In this document: positions 36,601-45,410 of the stretch, piece by piece
Position numbering within the stretch: position 1 is the stretch's first letter
How the letters are laid out: every line of letters begins with the position of its first letter
NCBI GenBank assembly: GCA_041667185.1
Contig: JBAYFM010000004.1
Span: 9,097 to 73,096 of the forward strand
Direction of reading: 5' to 3'
Length of the DNA stretch: 64,000 bases
Origin: Patescibacteria group bacterium
Lineage (GTDB): Bacteria; Patescibacteriota; Patescibacteriia; SG8-24
Made by a program: the position numbers and the translations under genes
The notes under the pieces: generated by a model
What the model was told of the DNA's origin: nothing
Databases searched by the model: none
Seen by the model: the letters and a program-made list of their open reading frames with translations, nothing else

Positions 36601-39600
36601 CAGGAACCGCCGCAGCCGGCGTCGTTCGTGCAGGTCTTGCCTGGATCATTGCTGCAGACCGAACGGCACGCTCCGTCAACGGCCGGTTCGTAAACTCCCA
36701 CGTTGTCCCGAACGGAATTGATATCGACAGCTTCGCTGAAAGCGACTTTGACGGCCGTGTTGCGGCACACGTCTCCTTGTCCGGATAATGGGTAGACGAA
36801 CTCCGGCACGGGCGCCGGCGCGCAACAGCCGTTCGCGGAGCAGCCCAGCGGCGGCGGAGCCGGATCCTCTGTAGCCATCTCGCCCAGCGACCGGCAATAG
36901 GTCTGAGGCTCGCTCTGTTCCAGACAGGAGCAGGTCAGGCTGACCGTGGCTTTGCCGACGCGCGTCGAATCGGAACCGAATTCGGTCAAGCCGGCCAGGA
37001 CGTCATCCGACGGCCGAGCCACCGGCGGACCGGAGTAGACGCCGGCGCGGATGATCTGGAAAGGATCGATCCTGCCGTCGCCGCCGACCGGACCCGGATC
37101 GCAACCGGCCGCCTCGCCAGCGCCGACCACGCCATCGCGGCAGAACGACATTTCAGAATATTGCGCGGAAGCGCCTTCAAGCAGACAGGCTGCGGAACAG
37201 CCGTCTTGATTGGCCAGATTCCCGTCGTCGCACTGTTCGCCGGCCTCCACGATCCCGTTGCGGCAGCACCCCGTGCCGGTCGCTGCGGCGCAGGCTTTCG
37301 TGCCGGCGCGCAGACAAGTCTTCGGATCGCAACCGGCGGCCAGAATCGCATCGCTGGCGCCGGCCCCGCTGGCCGTATCACAGCCGATATCTTCGCCGGC
37401 TTCGGTCCGACCGTTGCCGCAATAATTGACGCAGGACGGCATGACTCCCTCGCTATCAGGCGCGACATCCAGACAAGATGGCAGGCTGCCCTCGCGCAAA
37501 CAATTATTGCTGCAGCCGTCGCCGTTCGCGCGATTGCCATCGTCGCAAGCCTCGCCGTCGGCCAGCTGACCGTCGCCACAGGACGACTTGCCGGCCGCAG
37601 CGCCGAGCATGACGCAGCCGACGGTCGAGCCGTTGGGTTCCTGGCAGCCGGTATCGAAGACGGCGCGGACGGCGGAACAACCCGCGTCGCCGAGTTTGCA
37701 GCCCGCCGGTTCGGTCTCGATGATCGCCTCGCAATTTTCGCCGTTTTCCAACTGACCGTTGCCGCAGCACTGCGCATCATCAAGCGCCCCGCATTTGAGC
37801 GTGCCCAAAACTACGCACCGGCTGGCGTCGCACCCGCGCGTCGCCGGACTACCGACGGCCGCATCGCAAGCCGGGTCTTCCCAAGGCAGGTCAACCACGC
37901 CGTTGCCGCACTGCGGCATCTTGTTCTGAGACCCCGTATGCCGGCAATCGGAAGTGCAGCCGGCCATCATCTCCATGTTCGTATCGAGACGGACATCAGG
38001 AGCCGCCGGCGGATCAATGGATCCGGAGTTCGTGTAAAAACCATCGATGACGTTCTTGTCAGTCTTAGTCCAAAGCCAACTGTAAGCACTCGCCCGCAGC
38101 TGCTGGCCAAGATCATCGCATTCGTCAGGTTTGGCAAAAGGCACCGCCTCGAAATCGGCGCGCTGGCCGACGTATTGCAGCAGCACCGCGCTCGGCCTGA
38201 CATCGGCATGATGGACGGCGCAAGGAGTGGGGCTGGTATTGGTCTTGAACTGCCAGGTGAAATAATCGCCGTCGTTAAGCTTCGAAAGCGGCACGCCGCT
38301 CCGACTCTTGATGAAACCGCTGCCGGCCGGCCGCTCGTCTTTTTTCGGATCCCAATATTGGCTCCGCAACCGGACGAGATAATTGGTGTTGCTCGCCAGG
38401 CCGGCCGAACCGATAGCGAATTCGAAGCGCCGGCCGCTCAGCTGACCGACCGAATCCACGACCTTGTTCACGGTCACGGTCTCATGGAAATATGGCGGCT
38501 GGCAGCTGATGTTGCGGCATTTGAGGACTTCGACATTGCCCGAAAAACTGGCTTCATCCATCGCGACGTTGAATTGCGCCCAGATCGCGGCGTTGCTGCA
38601 GGCGCTGCCGCAATCGGGAGCGTGAGCCGTCACCTGCGGATCAGCGAATTTGACGCTCACTTCGGCCTGGCCGGAGGTCTGCTGGCCGCCGCCCGGCGGC
38701 GCGAACGCGGCCGCGAGACCGACCGGATCCTCGGTCTCCGCCTTCGCGCGCACGGCCTGATAACACTGATGCTTGTCGGGCTGCAGGGACAGGATGTTCT
38801 CATCGGAGCTCCAGTTGATCTGGTAGATGCCCGGAGCGCACCGGAGGCGATTGCAGCTGATGTCGACCGGGAGGGCGGCGAAGCCGGCCGGATTCGCCGG
38901 CGCCGGAGCCTGGTTCGGAGCCGCCGGCGGCAGCCATTCCGGATTATCGACCTCGTCGCGATCGATCAGATATTTGAAAGGATTGACGATGACCTCGGAA
39001 AGCACGCAAGGAGCATCGGTTGCGGCGGTCTTGAATTCCAGAACGTAGTCGCCGCCCTGGTTGAGATCGTAATCACCGTCGAGATCAACGCCGTAGATAT
39101 CCTTGATGCCGTTCTCGGAATCGCCGGACAAAGTGACCCGGTACCAGGTCTTCTTGGCCAGCAAAGCCCCGGCACCCTTGGGCGCGGCGACCAGGGACCT
39201 CGACCCCGGCGGCTGGGGCGGCAGGTTGGAATTCTCAAAGGTCACGTCGAACTGGCTGGTCACGTTGACCGCGGCAGCGCAGGCCGGAGCGATGCCATCG
39301 CCGCAGGTCTCGATCCGGTATTTCCCGGCGAAGGAATCGACCCGCATGAAATTATTGAAAGCCAGCTGGATGACCGTGCCAGTGCAGATATCCTGGGAGC
39401 CGGCGGACGGCGCCGGACTCTTGAAATCAACGGCGTATTTGGCCTGGCAGGTCTGTTCATGGCAAGCGCAGCGCAGGACCTGCGGCATCTCCGGCAGCAC
39501 TTCGGTGCTGAACCGCCAACCGTAGGCACTGGTCGGCTTGGGAGCTTCGCAGGCAGCCTTGGTCGCCCGGCAGGAACCGTTGGGGCAGCAGACCGGCTTA

Positions 39601-42323
39601 TCCGGCTGGTCCTTTTGGCACAGATTGTCGCCGCCGATCTTGGTGCAATCCTGGACCTTGAACGGTACGGCGTTCGAACTCCACTGGTTGTTGGCTTCGA
39701 CGTAAACAGGACCAGTCTCCGCCTCCGGGGTCGCGGGATCAGGACGGGCGGCTGGCACGTAAGCCGAGACCTCCCGGTTCGACCAGGAAACGCCGGCATA
39801 AGCCCGGACCGCCGTGTTGGCCAAAAGGTTATTCTTTGAAAAATTGATGGAGTATTCGGTCAGACCGCTCTTGGTGCCGAAACGCTCGCCCAAGATCTTG
39901 ACCTTGGTGGTGCCGGCCGGACCGTTATCCGGCTCGATGCTGCAGATGCCCGGCTTCGACGGATCGGAATTGATGGTGAACAGGATCGCTTTGCTCTCCT
40001 TGCCATCGCCGGAGCGCTGGACCGACAGGTCATACTGCTCCAACCGAACCGGGCAAGTACCCTTGTCCGAGCACTCGAAAGCCGTCGGGACTTTGACCAC
40101 GATGTAGTTGCTGGTCCAGGTCGCTTTGCAGGGCGGAGCGGGCGGAACGCCGATGGCGACATCGCTGGCGTTGGATTTGGATACGAAACGCACCACGCCG
40201 CTCGAACCGAAGCCGCGGCCTACTATAGTAATATAGGCATCAACCGGACCGGCTGGCGGCAACACCTCGGTGATGGCCGGGGCTTCCGCTTTGTCGCCGG
40301 CGGAAACCAGGAAGATCGGATCATTCGTTGTCCACACGCCGGCAGCCTCGTTTCCGATCCTGACTCGGACAGGATACGGCCCGTCCTTGAGGGTCGGCGT
40401 AATGGCGGTGATCTTGTCGCCGGTCGACGCCCAGCCCTGGCTCGCGACGTTGGCCGCGCTGGTGCTGAGGAAAACCTGGCTCTCCCCCATTTCCCCGCCG
40501 AAATTGACGCCGCTGATGTCGAATCGAGTGCCGATCGGGCCGAAATTCGGTTTGACGAAACAAATGCCCGGCTGCGGCGGCAAAGCGGTGTCAACATCGA
40601 AAGTTCCGACCCAGCCGCGATCATTAGCGGTCGTATCCGCGAGTCCGGACAACGTCCTGATCTCGATGGGGCCGTCTTTGGCGTTCGCCGGAACCTTGAC
40701 CGTGGCCTGGTTGGGTTCGACGCCGTTGGTCCACGAATCTTCGGGCGCGGCGCACAGATCGGCGACCGCGTCGTCATTCGGATCATTCACGTCGCCAAGG
40801 AAAATGACGCGTCCGGCCGGCGGTCCGAACATCTTGCCGGAGACCGTCACGAGCGTCCCGGGAGCGCCGGCCGCCGGAGAGACCGACTCGATCATGGGCA
40901 GATCGACGCATTTGCCGGCGACACAGGCGCCGGAAGCGCAATCAGCATCGCCGGTGCAAACCGCACCGCTGCAACGGCCGCAAGCCGAGGCTGCGCCGCA
41001 ATCCACCCCATCCTCATCCGCGTCCTTGGCGCCATTGCAGCAATGCGTCGGCAGGACCTTGAAATTAGAAACGACCGGGGCGCTGGCGTTGCCGACGACG
41101 TCCTCGGCGGACGCGGCTGCGCCGTAAAGTGATCCGGCCGCCAACTTGGCCAGGTCAATCTGCACGGTGTCGATTGAAAAAGGATTCGCGAGCGCGGCGT
41201 TCATCTTCACGGTCTCGCCGATGATGGCGTCCGCCACCGGAGCGCCGGGAGCGCCGTCCTCGCCGACGGCCACGATCCCGAAAGTCAGGCTGACGGCAAG
41301 CTGGTTATCCTGGGCGATAGCCTGAATGTTCAGGGGCGCACTGCAGATTCCTGGCGGCGACTTCGGCATCGTCACGCGGACGTTCGGCGGCTCGAAATCA
41401 ACCCAATCGCCGATCGCGACGGCGCGGCGGCAAAGCGTCCGGGCTTGCGCGGTCGTATCCTCCGGCTTGGCTCCGGGCGCCGCGCGGCAATCGAGCGGCT
41501 TGGCGTCCGGCGTTTTCAGGACATTGGTCTCAAAACCGGTCGCGCCGCCGTCAGCTTCGATGAGATACCAGACATCGCCCTTGAAACATGGCTGCCCGTT
41601 ATCGCACTTCGAGTCCGGAACGAACTCGATGGTCTTGCCGACCACGGTCGAGGTCCCGGCATAAGCTTCGGTCTTGGGCTTGCAAGCGGCGATATCGAAC
41701 GGAAGACTCTCGGCGCCGTCGCCCGCGCCCTGGATCCGCGGATTGCACTCCAAGACGCGGAAATGGCCGGTGACGCTCGCTGCGTCAATGCCATCATTGA
41801 AAGACATTTTGAGTTTGGAATTCTTGGACCAGCCGCGCTGATCATTCGGACCAGCCGGGGCCACGCCCTGAACCCTAAAAGTGGCGCCGCCGCCGAAGCC
41901 GTTGCCGCCGCCAGCGCCGCCCCCGCCGCCATCTCCCCCGCCGCCGACCTCGCCGCCCGCGGCGCCGATGATGAAACGCGCGATGGCGAAAGCCGACATG
42001 ATGATCACGAGGCCGATGGCCGCGCTGACCATGGTCTTCTTCGCTTTGGAGATCTGTTCCTCATTGCCCTGGGAGGTCATCCAAAGGAAGCCGGCGTAGA
42101 GGATCAGGCCGACGGCGATGATCCCGAGAAAACCCAGGAAGTAGCTGATGATGCGGGCAACGGTCGTGCGGACATCGGTCGTCGTGAGACCGATCGCGGT
42201 CGCGTAATCCAACCCCAGATCAACCTGGGCGGAGACGGCGCGCGCCGACAACAAAACGGCGAAACCGGCGATGGCGGCCAATCCGGACCTGAAGATGTTG
42301 TTTTTAGCGGTGCGCATAACCAT
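30684..42323 (-). CDS. Giant (3879 aa) surface protein: TrbC/VirB2-like pilin N-terminus, Big_5/IPT-TIG domains, Myxococcus-type Cys repeats, C-type lectin
   Basis: ILYAGFLWMTSQGNEEQISKAKK; SVSPAAGAPGTLVTVSG; repeated CGDG..EQCDDGN..DGC; CDGRDNNCNGVVDE; QPD/WND/WIGL. Confidence 0.88.
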   Translation of the reverse strand: MVMRTAKNNIFRSGLAAIAGFAVLLSARAVSAQVDLGLDYATAIGLTTTDVRTTVARIISYFLGFLGIIAVGLILYAGFLWMTSQGNEEQISKAKKTMVSAAIGLVIIMSAFAIARFIIGAAGGEVGGGGDGGGGGAGGGNGFGGGATFRVQGVAPAGPNDQRGWSKNSKLKMSFNDGIDAASVTGHFRVLECNPRIQGAGDGAESLPFDIAACKPKTEAYAGTSTVVGKTIEFVPDSKCDNGQPCFKGDVWYLIEADGGATGFETNVLKTPDAKPLDCRAAPGAKPEDTTAQARTLCRRAVAIGDWVDFEPPNVRVTMPKSPPGICSAPLNIQAIAQDNQLAVSLTFGIVAVGEDGAPGAPVADAIIGETVKMNAALANPFSIDTVQIDLAKLAAGSLYGAAASAEDVVGNASAPVVSNFKVLPTHCCNGAKDADEDGVDCGAASACGRCSGAVCTGDADCASGACVAGKCVDLPMIESVSPAAGAPGTLVTVSGKMFGPPAGRVIFLGDVNDPNDDAVADLCAAPEDSWTNGVEPNQATVKVPANAKDGPIEIRTLSGLADTTANDRGWVGTFDVDTALPPQPGICFVKPNFGPIGTRFDISGVNFGGEMGESQVFLSTSAANVASQGWASTGDKITAITPTLKDGPYPVRVRIGNEAAGVWTTNDPIFLVSAGDKAEAPAITEVLPPAGPVDAYITIVGRGFGSSGVVRFVSKSNASDVAIGVPPAPPCKATWTSNYIVVKVPTAFECSDKGTCPVRLEQYDLSVQRSGDGKESKAILFTINSDPSKPGICSIEPDNGPAGTTKVKILGERFGTKSGLTEYSINFSKNNLLANTAVRAYAGVSWSNREVSAYVPAARPDPATPEAETGPVYVEANNQWSSNAVPFKVQDCTKIGGDNLCQKDQPDKPVCCPNGSCRATKAACEAPKPTSAYGWRFSTEVLPEMPQVLRCACHEQTCQAKYAVDFKSPAPSAGSQDICTGTVIQLAFNNFMRVDSFAGKYRIETCGDGIAPACAAAVNVTSQFDVTFENSNLPPQPPGSRSLVAAPKGAGALLAKKTWYRVTLSGDSENGIKDIYGVDLDGDYDLNQGGDYVLEFKTAATDAPCVLSEVIVNPFKYLIDRDEVDNPEWLPPAAPNQAPAPANPAGFAALPVDISCNRLRCAPGIYQINWSSDENILSLQPDKHQCYQAVRAKAETEDPVGLAAAFAPPGGGQQTSGQAEVSVKFADPQVTAHAPDCGSACSNAAIWAQFNVAMDEASFSGNVEVLKCRNISCQPPYFHETVTVNKVVDSVGQLSGRRFEFAIGSAGLASNTNYLVRLRSQYWDPKKDERPAGSGFIKSRSGVPLSKLNDGDYFTWQFKTNTSPTPCAVHHADVRPSAVLLQYVGQRADFEAVPFAKPDECDDLGQQLRASAYSWLWTKTDKNVIDGFYTNSGSIDPPAAPDVRLDTNMEMMAGCTSDCRHTGSQNKMPQCGNGVVDLPWEDPACDAAVGSPATRGCDASRCVVLGTLKCGALDDAQCCGNGQLENGENCEAIIETEPAGCKLGDAGCSAVRAVFDTGCQEPNGSTVGCVMLGAAAGKSSCGDGQLADGEACDDGNRANGDGCSNNCLREGSLPSCLDVAPDSEGVMPSCVNYCGNGRTEAGEDIGCDTASGAGASDAILAAGCDPKTCLRAGTKACAAATGTGCCRNGIVEAGEQCDDGNLANQDGCSAACLLEGASAQYSEMSFCRDGVVGAGEAAGCDPGPVGGDGRIDPFQIIRAGVYSGPPVARPSDDVLAGLTEFGSDSTRVGKATVSLTCSCLEQSEPQTYCRSLGEMATEDPAPPPLGCSANGCCAPAPVPEFVYPLSGQGDVCRNTAVKVAFSEAVDINSVRDNVGVYEPAVDGACRSVCSNDPGKTCTNDAGCGGSCIQAKYCADTGERCQINSDCSFGVVCAARPAEAPSVCSNNGLACVANADCGGSCRPVRYCVKKPGQQCSTDADCGEGDTCADRQPVNGQLRPWGETSLRPEVRSSAWWQAPARLISFLFDLLERAVSPVRAADAGYCRVPGDLVVKPRLVTFMSAGSYLPNVTHTILLRGADGLRPAGEVLRTAGGVPLYDSSPSEFKTAGAVCKIDSVVLTPVSHLFTTAEDTNAAVYPDPEDSLDGDQNFVAEAKPARGGDLASLNSTPDYRFKWFWDVQPDDSPIVVAPTVVGPAVGNGFCEIGEADNSPDCKNCAAASDCVRSRPEETETARVSVRKTPVEKFPANGDQSVRVAAEILDQGLPSTLSAESRVTVMLCRNPWPSWRKCTDVQAHGLPWDAARGASLSCLGDEQVWFPFYDPTTNLSFYYCRDGAAGGDEGDDLPALNESGVKVLSRTSSALSSASRRLAQAGAASSAPRTPAVGFLPALNESKYASLQPGRDIQREYLFTFDRALGPLDPNFPDKPTAWEKNAIGLRIMSNLDHLSISDWYQKQGFSGNPTATTVDGYPALREGRTVYSLAVAKVDIAAEQQRRLYTNVNILSYSDGAAAETQAIFDQILNKINFNLNVSNKGYCVDAAQEGMQALDNGKPIPCSADVDCRVKNGGFDPLRAGLYCSAHKDKLIRDLKRWTDLVQLRNALVAKKSDGYPKLESGTFLPGRTISSWGSWTSVLASELGFGLVADPVNKLMQCSGYCSQYPNKAACDQHAEICVYENGVCADKRKFDPATCWNAAEKVYRCPAESHVYEFQSVGGQDFRLYADFETGQDYLCTAYAEQNTCLAQDGFCNWFGGKCAANAKMYWAGSTCFEVRDGSDPDNTTQNECVAKSECAWSPEAGCQPQGGGALLMSGVNYDLGPRCQAMTEIGSQGYCGDGVVQIGGANPEECEPGQAPAIIDCVSGGRPGVQRKACGLDCRWQAPGACAVGSCGDGIKQSGEFCDDGPLNGTYGQCNSTCNGLGPRCGDGAKQASEACDLGADNGQYNFNGAPSCSWDCKELGPRCGDSKINGSGEVCDGGVQNYPQLCCPPGADQTTCTQLSSQPGCSTNADCRGLGANGQDWSCVKFCDANDHDKRWRRTCYANAPGTEDDQLACRWGDWSCTEAGSCGDGVKNTGEQCDDGNSDAADGCVNCKNAVCGDGFVSAARGEQCDGGALNGQRCRPAYGQDCTYCTSACKLGTVTGGFCGNNILENFEHDPPGPEECEGETGINNWICVSTRPQDQVFGRQTGQASCDAKTCKRTCVDRSSKACNDSSTVNTDSDVRPPQGVWNLFNPQAYLLELPNSWPFPNPYPVAPPQSYPIVLKDSCDPDADNDGVPNSKDCEPLQWDSRPNFSLTYTKSGDTGETGSFSVTEGVEDVCDGRDNNCNGVVDENLMKIRGVFRVEGGRGVVGNAPIKLYCKDGGNLTYLKEVMTAADGSYDISFNITTCAGSEIEIQAWPPSTGCWGGPDIAKTTLAKVADCNPANSMDLVFYPKELCNGKDDDCNSLIDDNWTVRTRPGEGMAVSGNLRDAMFVNTPIVGATVEAQAAVCNYDRVTTCGSDTDCNADTTLNFNNWATQQPDNWTGSPDGNENCAQMYPDGTWNDAACSSTQLADRGVCNDLTVTGTGLNYDSAKSACSNHGGLASIADLTKNEQVRTACNGANCWIGLDDKVTEGIFIWANGKKLGGVCGVDRSPNNIAIQTDASGNYNLADVVKTTGTPAHCRVRLKVLPFKPANNLVVSGLSGAVVERNVNGYHAASMFVPSGSANSWSAPQFYLMPRVSYGYAMAAYIWDGDLNGFLDSYLWVPDPGSATVSYGSPGNQDVANTNPNAFLSCYHPDGRNTCGTFDYAPQTMLYRWNDDRSVLRTWKFWVNDYSGNGYDYFSQVNSRMYISWHNGAYQLTSITAPVSTSNTKGNWYIFDMTVPTSGVPTLTPQNVYQTSTP

Positions 42324-42338
42324 CTCGTTGGAACTTCT

Positions 42339-44522
42339 TTAAGGAGTGCGGGTCGGTCCCAGCTGGCAGTCGAACACTTCCTGGGGATTGCCGTCGCAGC
42401 ACGAAGTGGCGCCAGCCGTGAGCTCGCAAGCGAAGCCCTGGCTCGGAAAGAAACAGTTCTGGAACGCGTCCTTGACCTGCGCTTTGACGACCGGCTGGTA
42501 GAGCGGCAGTTTCTCGGTGACAGTGTCCGTTTCCTCGTTCCAGTTCAGATCATTCAGACGGAAGAACCGCTCGTGTCCCAGATCAGTGACGGTGTGCTCC
42601 GTCGGACCCGCGCCCTGGATCGCGTTGCCGATGATGACGGCTGGCGGATCGATCGGCCTGGCGCAGGTCGAGATGTCCATCTCGCTCGTGCAGTCGGCGG
42701 TGCCGGTCTTCAGCCAGAGTCGGGCGTCATAGAACATCGTCGTGCCGCCGCGCATGGAAGCCGACATCATCGGTTTATTCCAGGCCAGCGTGACCGGAGC
42801 ATCAACAGGCACTGACGACGGATCAGCCGGAGTGATGCCGGCGATCCGCGGCGGATCGAGATCGACCGCGCCGCCGATGCGATAATTGGCGACGGCCGTG
42901 TCGCTGTAAGCTCCGTAGTTCGACGGATCATTGCCCGGCGGAAAGACGTTCCAATTGAAAGCCTCGCGGCTGCCGGAGACTGGGCCCTCGGCCTTGCCGC
43001 TGCGATTGCCGTCGAGGGAATTACCGCTCATATCAGTGACACCATCGGTCGGATCAGCGGCTCCGGGCGGCACCGAACCGACCGTGGCCGCGCGGACCTG
43101 GAACGTGACGTTGGCGTTGGCCGGCAGGCAGAAAACGGACTCGCCGCAGGAATTCGTCACCTTGCCGCCGTCGCAGGGAGCGCTCGGAATGAACTCGACC
43201 GTGCGGTAGCGGTTGCTGATGTCCATCAAACCCTCAATCGAGGTGCAGGTGCCGCCGGTGCAGTCCTTGAGATCGATGAAATTGAAACCTCCGGATCCGG
43301 TCTTGCCGCGCGCGGTCGTCGGATCGAGCGGCTCGTTGAAATACGCGGCCACGACGCGATTCCGGGCCAGAGGATAGATGTTGAACGGACTGGTCGGTCC
43401 CGGCGAAAAATATTCGAGCTTGGGCGGCTCCAGGTCGAAGGTCGTGCTCGTCGTGAAGACCCAGAAATATCCGCCGTCGTTGCCCATGGTGTTGAAGGCC
43501 GGCTTCTGGATCGGAGCGGTTCCCGTCGGTGGCGGCACCCAAGCCTTGATCCCGGCGTCGCCGCCGCGGAGCGCCACGCGATAATCGACCGGTTCGTCAT
43601 TGCTGCCGATGCCGGCCGGCCCGAACCTGAGGACGATGGTCTGGTTATTATCGGCGTTATAAGGCTCATCGACCGCCGTGCGCGTCACGGTCGGCGCGGG
43701 GCTGACGAGCTTGGCGGCCGGATACCGCTGCTCGAAACGATCGGCGACCGAGGCCGCTGTCGGCTCGCCCAGGTCACCCACCTCGATGATCTTGATATTA
43801 TCGGTATTGAGCGTGAGGATGGTCTGCGGCGTGACAGGCGTCTCGATATGGCCTTCGCTAGCGCAGTCCGGCGCACAGACGACGTCATCAGCGACGGCAA
43901 AAGTATTGTTGTCCTTGTAATTCTTGAAAATGGTCGAAAGCACGACCGGCTTCTTGAAAGTGATCGCCACCTTGGTGTTCCGCGGCACGTTGGTCTGGCC
44001 CGCTTCCGGATAGTGGTATTCGATGCCGTAGCCGCGCTGGTTGGGGCCGCAATTGACGCGGCAGCCGCGCGAGAAAAAACTGCCGTCGCCGGAATCGCCG
44101 AGCGGACCAGTGAGCGTGTTGCCGGTCACGGCCCGGAAAATGAACGCCGTGATGGCGTAGGCCGACATGATGATCGCGAGACCGATGGTAGCGTTGATCA
44201 GGATCTTCTTGGCCTGCGTGATCTTCTCCTCGCTCCCCTGCGAGGTCATCCACAAAACGCCGGCGTACAGGATGATGAGCACCGCGGCCACGCCGAGAAA
44301 TGCGAAAAACGCTTTGATGATGTTGCCGATGGTCGTCCGGATATCGGTCGTGCCGAGGCCGATGGCGGTGGCATAATTCAAACCGAGATCGACGCCGCTC
44401 TGAGCGAACGCGACAAGCGGCAAACCGATGGCGGCCAAGATAACGCCAATGACCGCGACGGTGATCGCGGTCTTAGCTGGCGCCGCACTGGCGCCGTTCC
44501 GACGATTTATCCTTCCAAGCAT
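42339..44522 (-). CDS. Pilin-N-terminus protein with Big_5-like Ig domains
   Basis: ILYAGVLWMTSQGSEEKITQAKKIL; YPEAGQTNVPRNTKVAITF. Confidence 0.85.
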   Translation of the reverse strand: MLGRINRRNGASAAPAKTAITVAVIGVILAAIGLPLVAFAQSGVDLGLNYATAIGLGTTDIRTTIGNIIKAFFAFLGVAAVLIILYAGVLWMTSQGSEEKITQAKKILINATIGLAIIMSAYAITAFIFRAVTGNTLTGPLGDSGDGSFFSRGCRVNCGPNQRGYGIEYHYPEAGQTNVPRNTKVAITFKKPVVLSTIFKNYKDNNTFAVADDVVCAPDCASEGHIETPVTPQTILTLNTDNIKIIEVGDLGEPTAASVADRFEQRYPAAKLVSPAPTVTRTAVDEPYNADNNQTIVLRFGPAGIGSNDEPVDYRVALRGGDAGIKAWVPPPTGTAPIQKPAFNTMGNDGGYFWVFTTSTTFDLEPPKLEYFSPGPTSPFNIYPLARNRVVAAYFNEPLDPTTARGKTGSGGFNFIDLKDCTGGTCTSIEGLMDISNRYRTVEFIPSAPCDGGKVTNSCGESVFCLPANANVTFQVRAATVGSVPPGAADPTDGVTDMSGNSLDGNRSGKAEGPVSGSREAFNWNVFPPGNDPSNYGAYSDTAVANYRIGGAVDLDPPRIAGITPADPSSVPVDAPVTLAWNKPMMSASMRGGTTMFYDARLWLKTGTADCTSEMDISTCARPIDPPAVIIGNAIQGAGPTEHTVTDLGHERFFRLNDLNWNEETDTVTEKLPLYQPVVKAQVKDAFQNCFFPSQGFACELTAGATSCCDGNPQEVFDCQLGPTRTP

Positions 44523-44561
44523 GGGAGAGAAGGGTGATCGTTGATGATGTGGTTGTGCCGT

Positions 44562-45017
44562 TCAGGAACTCGACGCGGCGATGATCTCTTTGACCGCGGC
44601 GCTGACCTTCGTGCCATCAGCCTTGCCTTTGGCCTCCTTCATGACCTCGCTCATGACGCGGCCGAAGTCCTTGGCGGTCACCGTCCCGATAACGGCGATC
44701 TTCTGGCGGACCAATTCCTTCAAAGCCTCGTCGCCGAGCTGTTCCGGCAGGTAGGCTTGGAGAATAGCCATCTCCGCCTCCGCTTTCGCCGCCAGATCAG
44801 CGCGCTTGCCGGCGACATAGGACTCCAGGGCGTCGCGAAGCTTCTTCAGCTCCCGGCCGACGACCTCGATGACGTCCTCCTCGGCGAGCGGTTTCATTTT
44901 CTCGATCTCGACGTATTTCAAAGCCGCCCGAAGCAGACGCAAGGTCGACAATTTGTCGGCCTGGCGCGCTTTGGCGGCTTCGGAACAATCGGCGTCGATG
45001 CGTTCTCGAGTGGTCAT
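44562..45017 (-). CDS. yqeY: GatB/YqeY domain protein
   Basis: LSTLRLLRAAL..AEMAILQAYLPEQL..DFGRVM..GKADG. Confidence 0.9.
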   Translation of the reverse strand: MTTRERIDADCSEAAKARQADKLSTLRLLRAALKYVEIEKMKPLAEEDVIEVVGRELKKLRDALESYVAGKRADLAAKAEAEMAILQAYLPEQLGDEALKELVRQKIAVIGTVTAKDFGRVMSEVMKEAKGKADGTKVSAAVKEIIAASSS

Positions 45018-45038
45018 TGCCTTAACGGACTGTCTTAC

Positions 45039-45302
45039 TTAGTGTCGTCCCTGTTTGCGAGCCGGCCGGAAATCTTCTTCAGTCGCCTGTCCGGTCTTGA
45101 TCAAGAAATCACGGCGCGCGCGTAAAAACTCGCGGCGCAGAGCTGCGTCACGGACGGCGGTTTTGCTCTTATCGCGAGAGTGGAACCTGATCTTCCGGGC
45201 CTGCAGCAGTCGGCCACTAGCCTGGACCTTCTTGCTGAAGCGACGGAGCAAGCTCTCAAAGCTCTCCCCTTTCTTGCGTTTCACTTCTGCCACAATGCTC
45301 AC
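45039..45302 (-). CDS. rpsU: 30S ribosomal protein S21
   Basis: EVKRKKGESFESLLRRFSKKVQ; upstream of yqeY. Confidence 0.88.
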   Translation of the reverse strand: MSIVAEVKRKKGESFESLLRRFSKKVQASGRLLQARKIRFHSRDKSKTAVRDAALRREFLRARRDFLIKTGQATEEDFRPARKQGRH

Positions 45303-45410
45303 CTTCCTTTCTTCTTGAGGTTATTTTAAGGGTGTAATCCCTTAAAATCATATTACACTCGCCGGTTCTCACCGTCAAATGTCGTAAATTTGGCCAACCT
45401 GAGCCAGAAA

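Noticed and set aside
32871-39839. Long plus-strand ORFs (765, 524, 892 aa)
   Set aside because: Antisense shadows of the giant protein.
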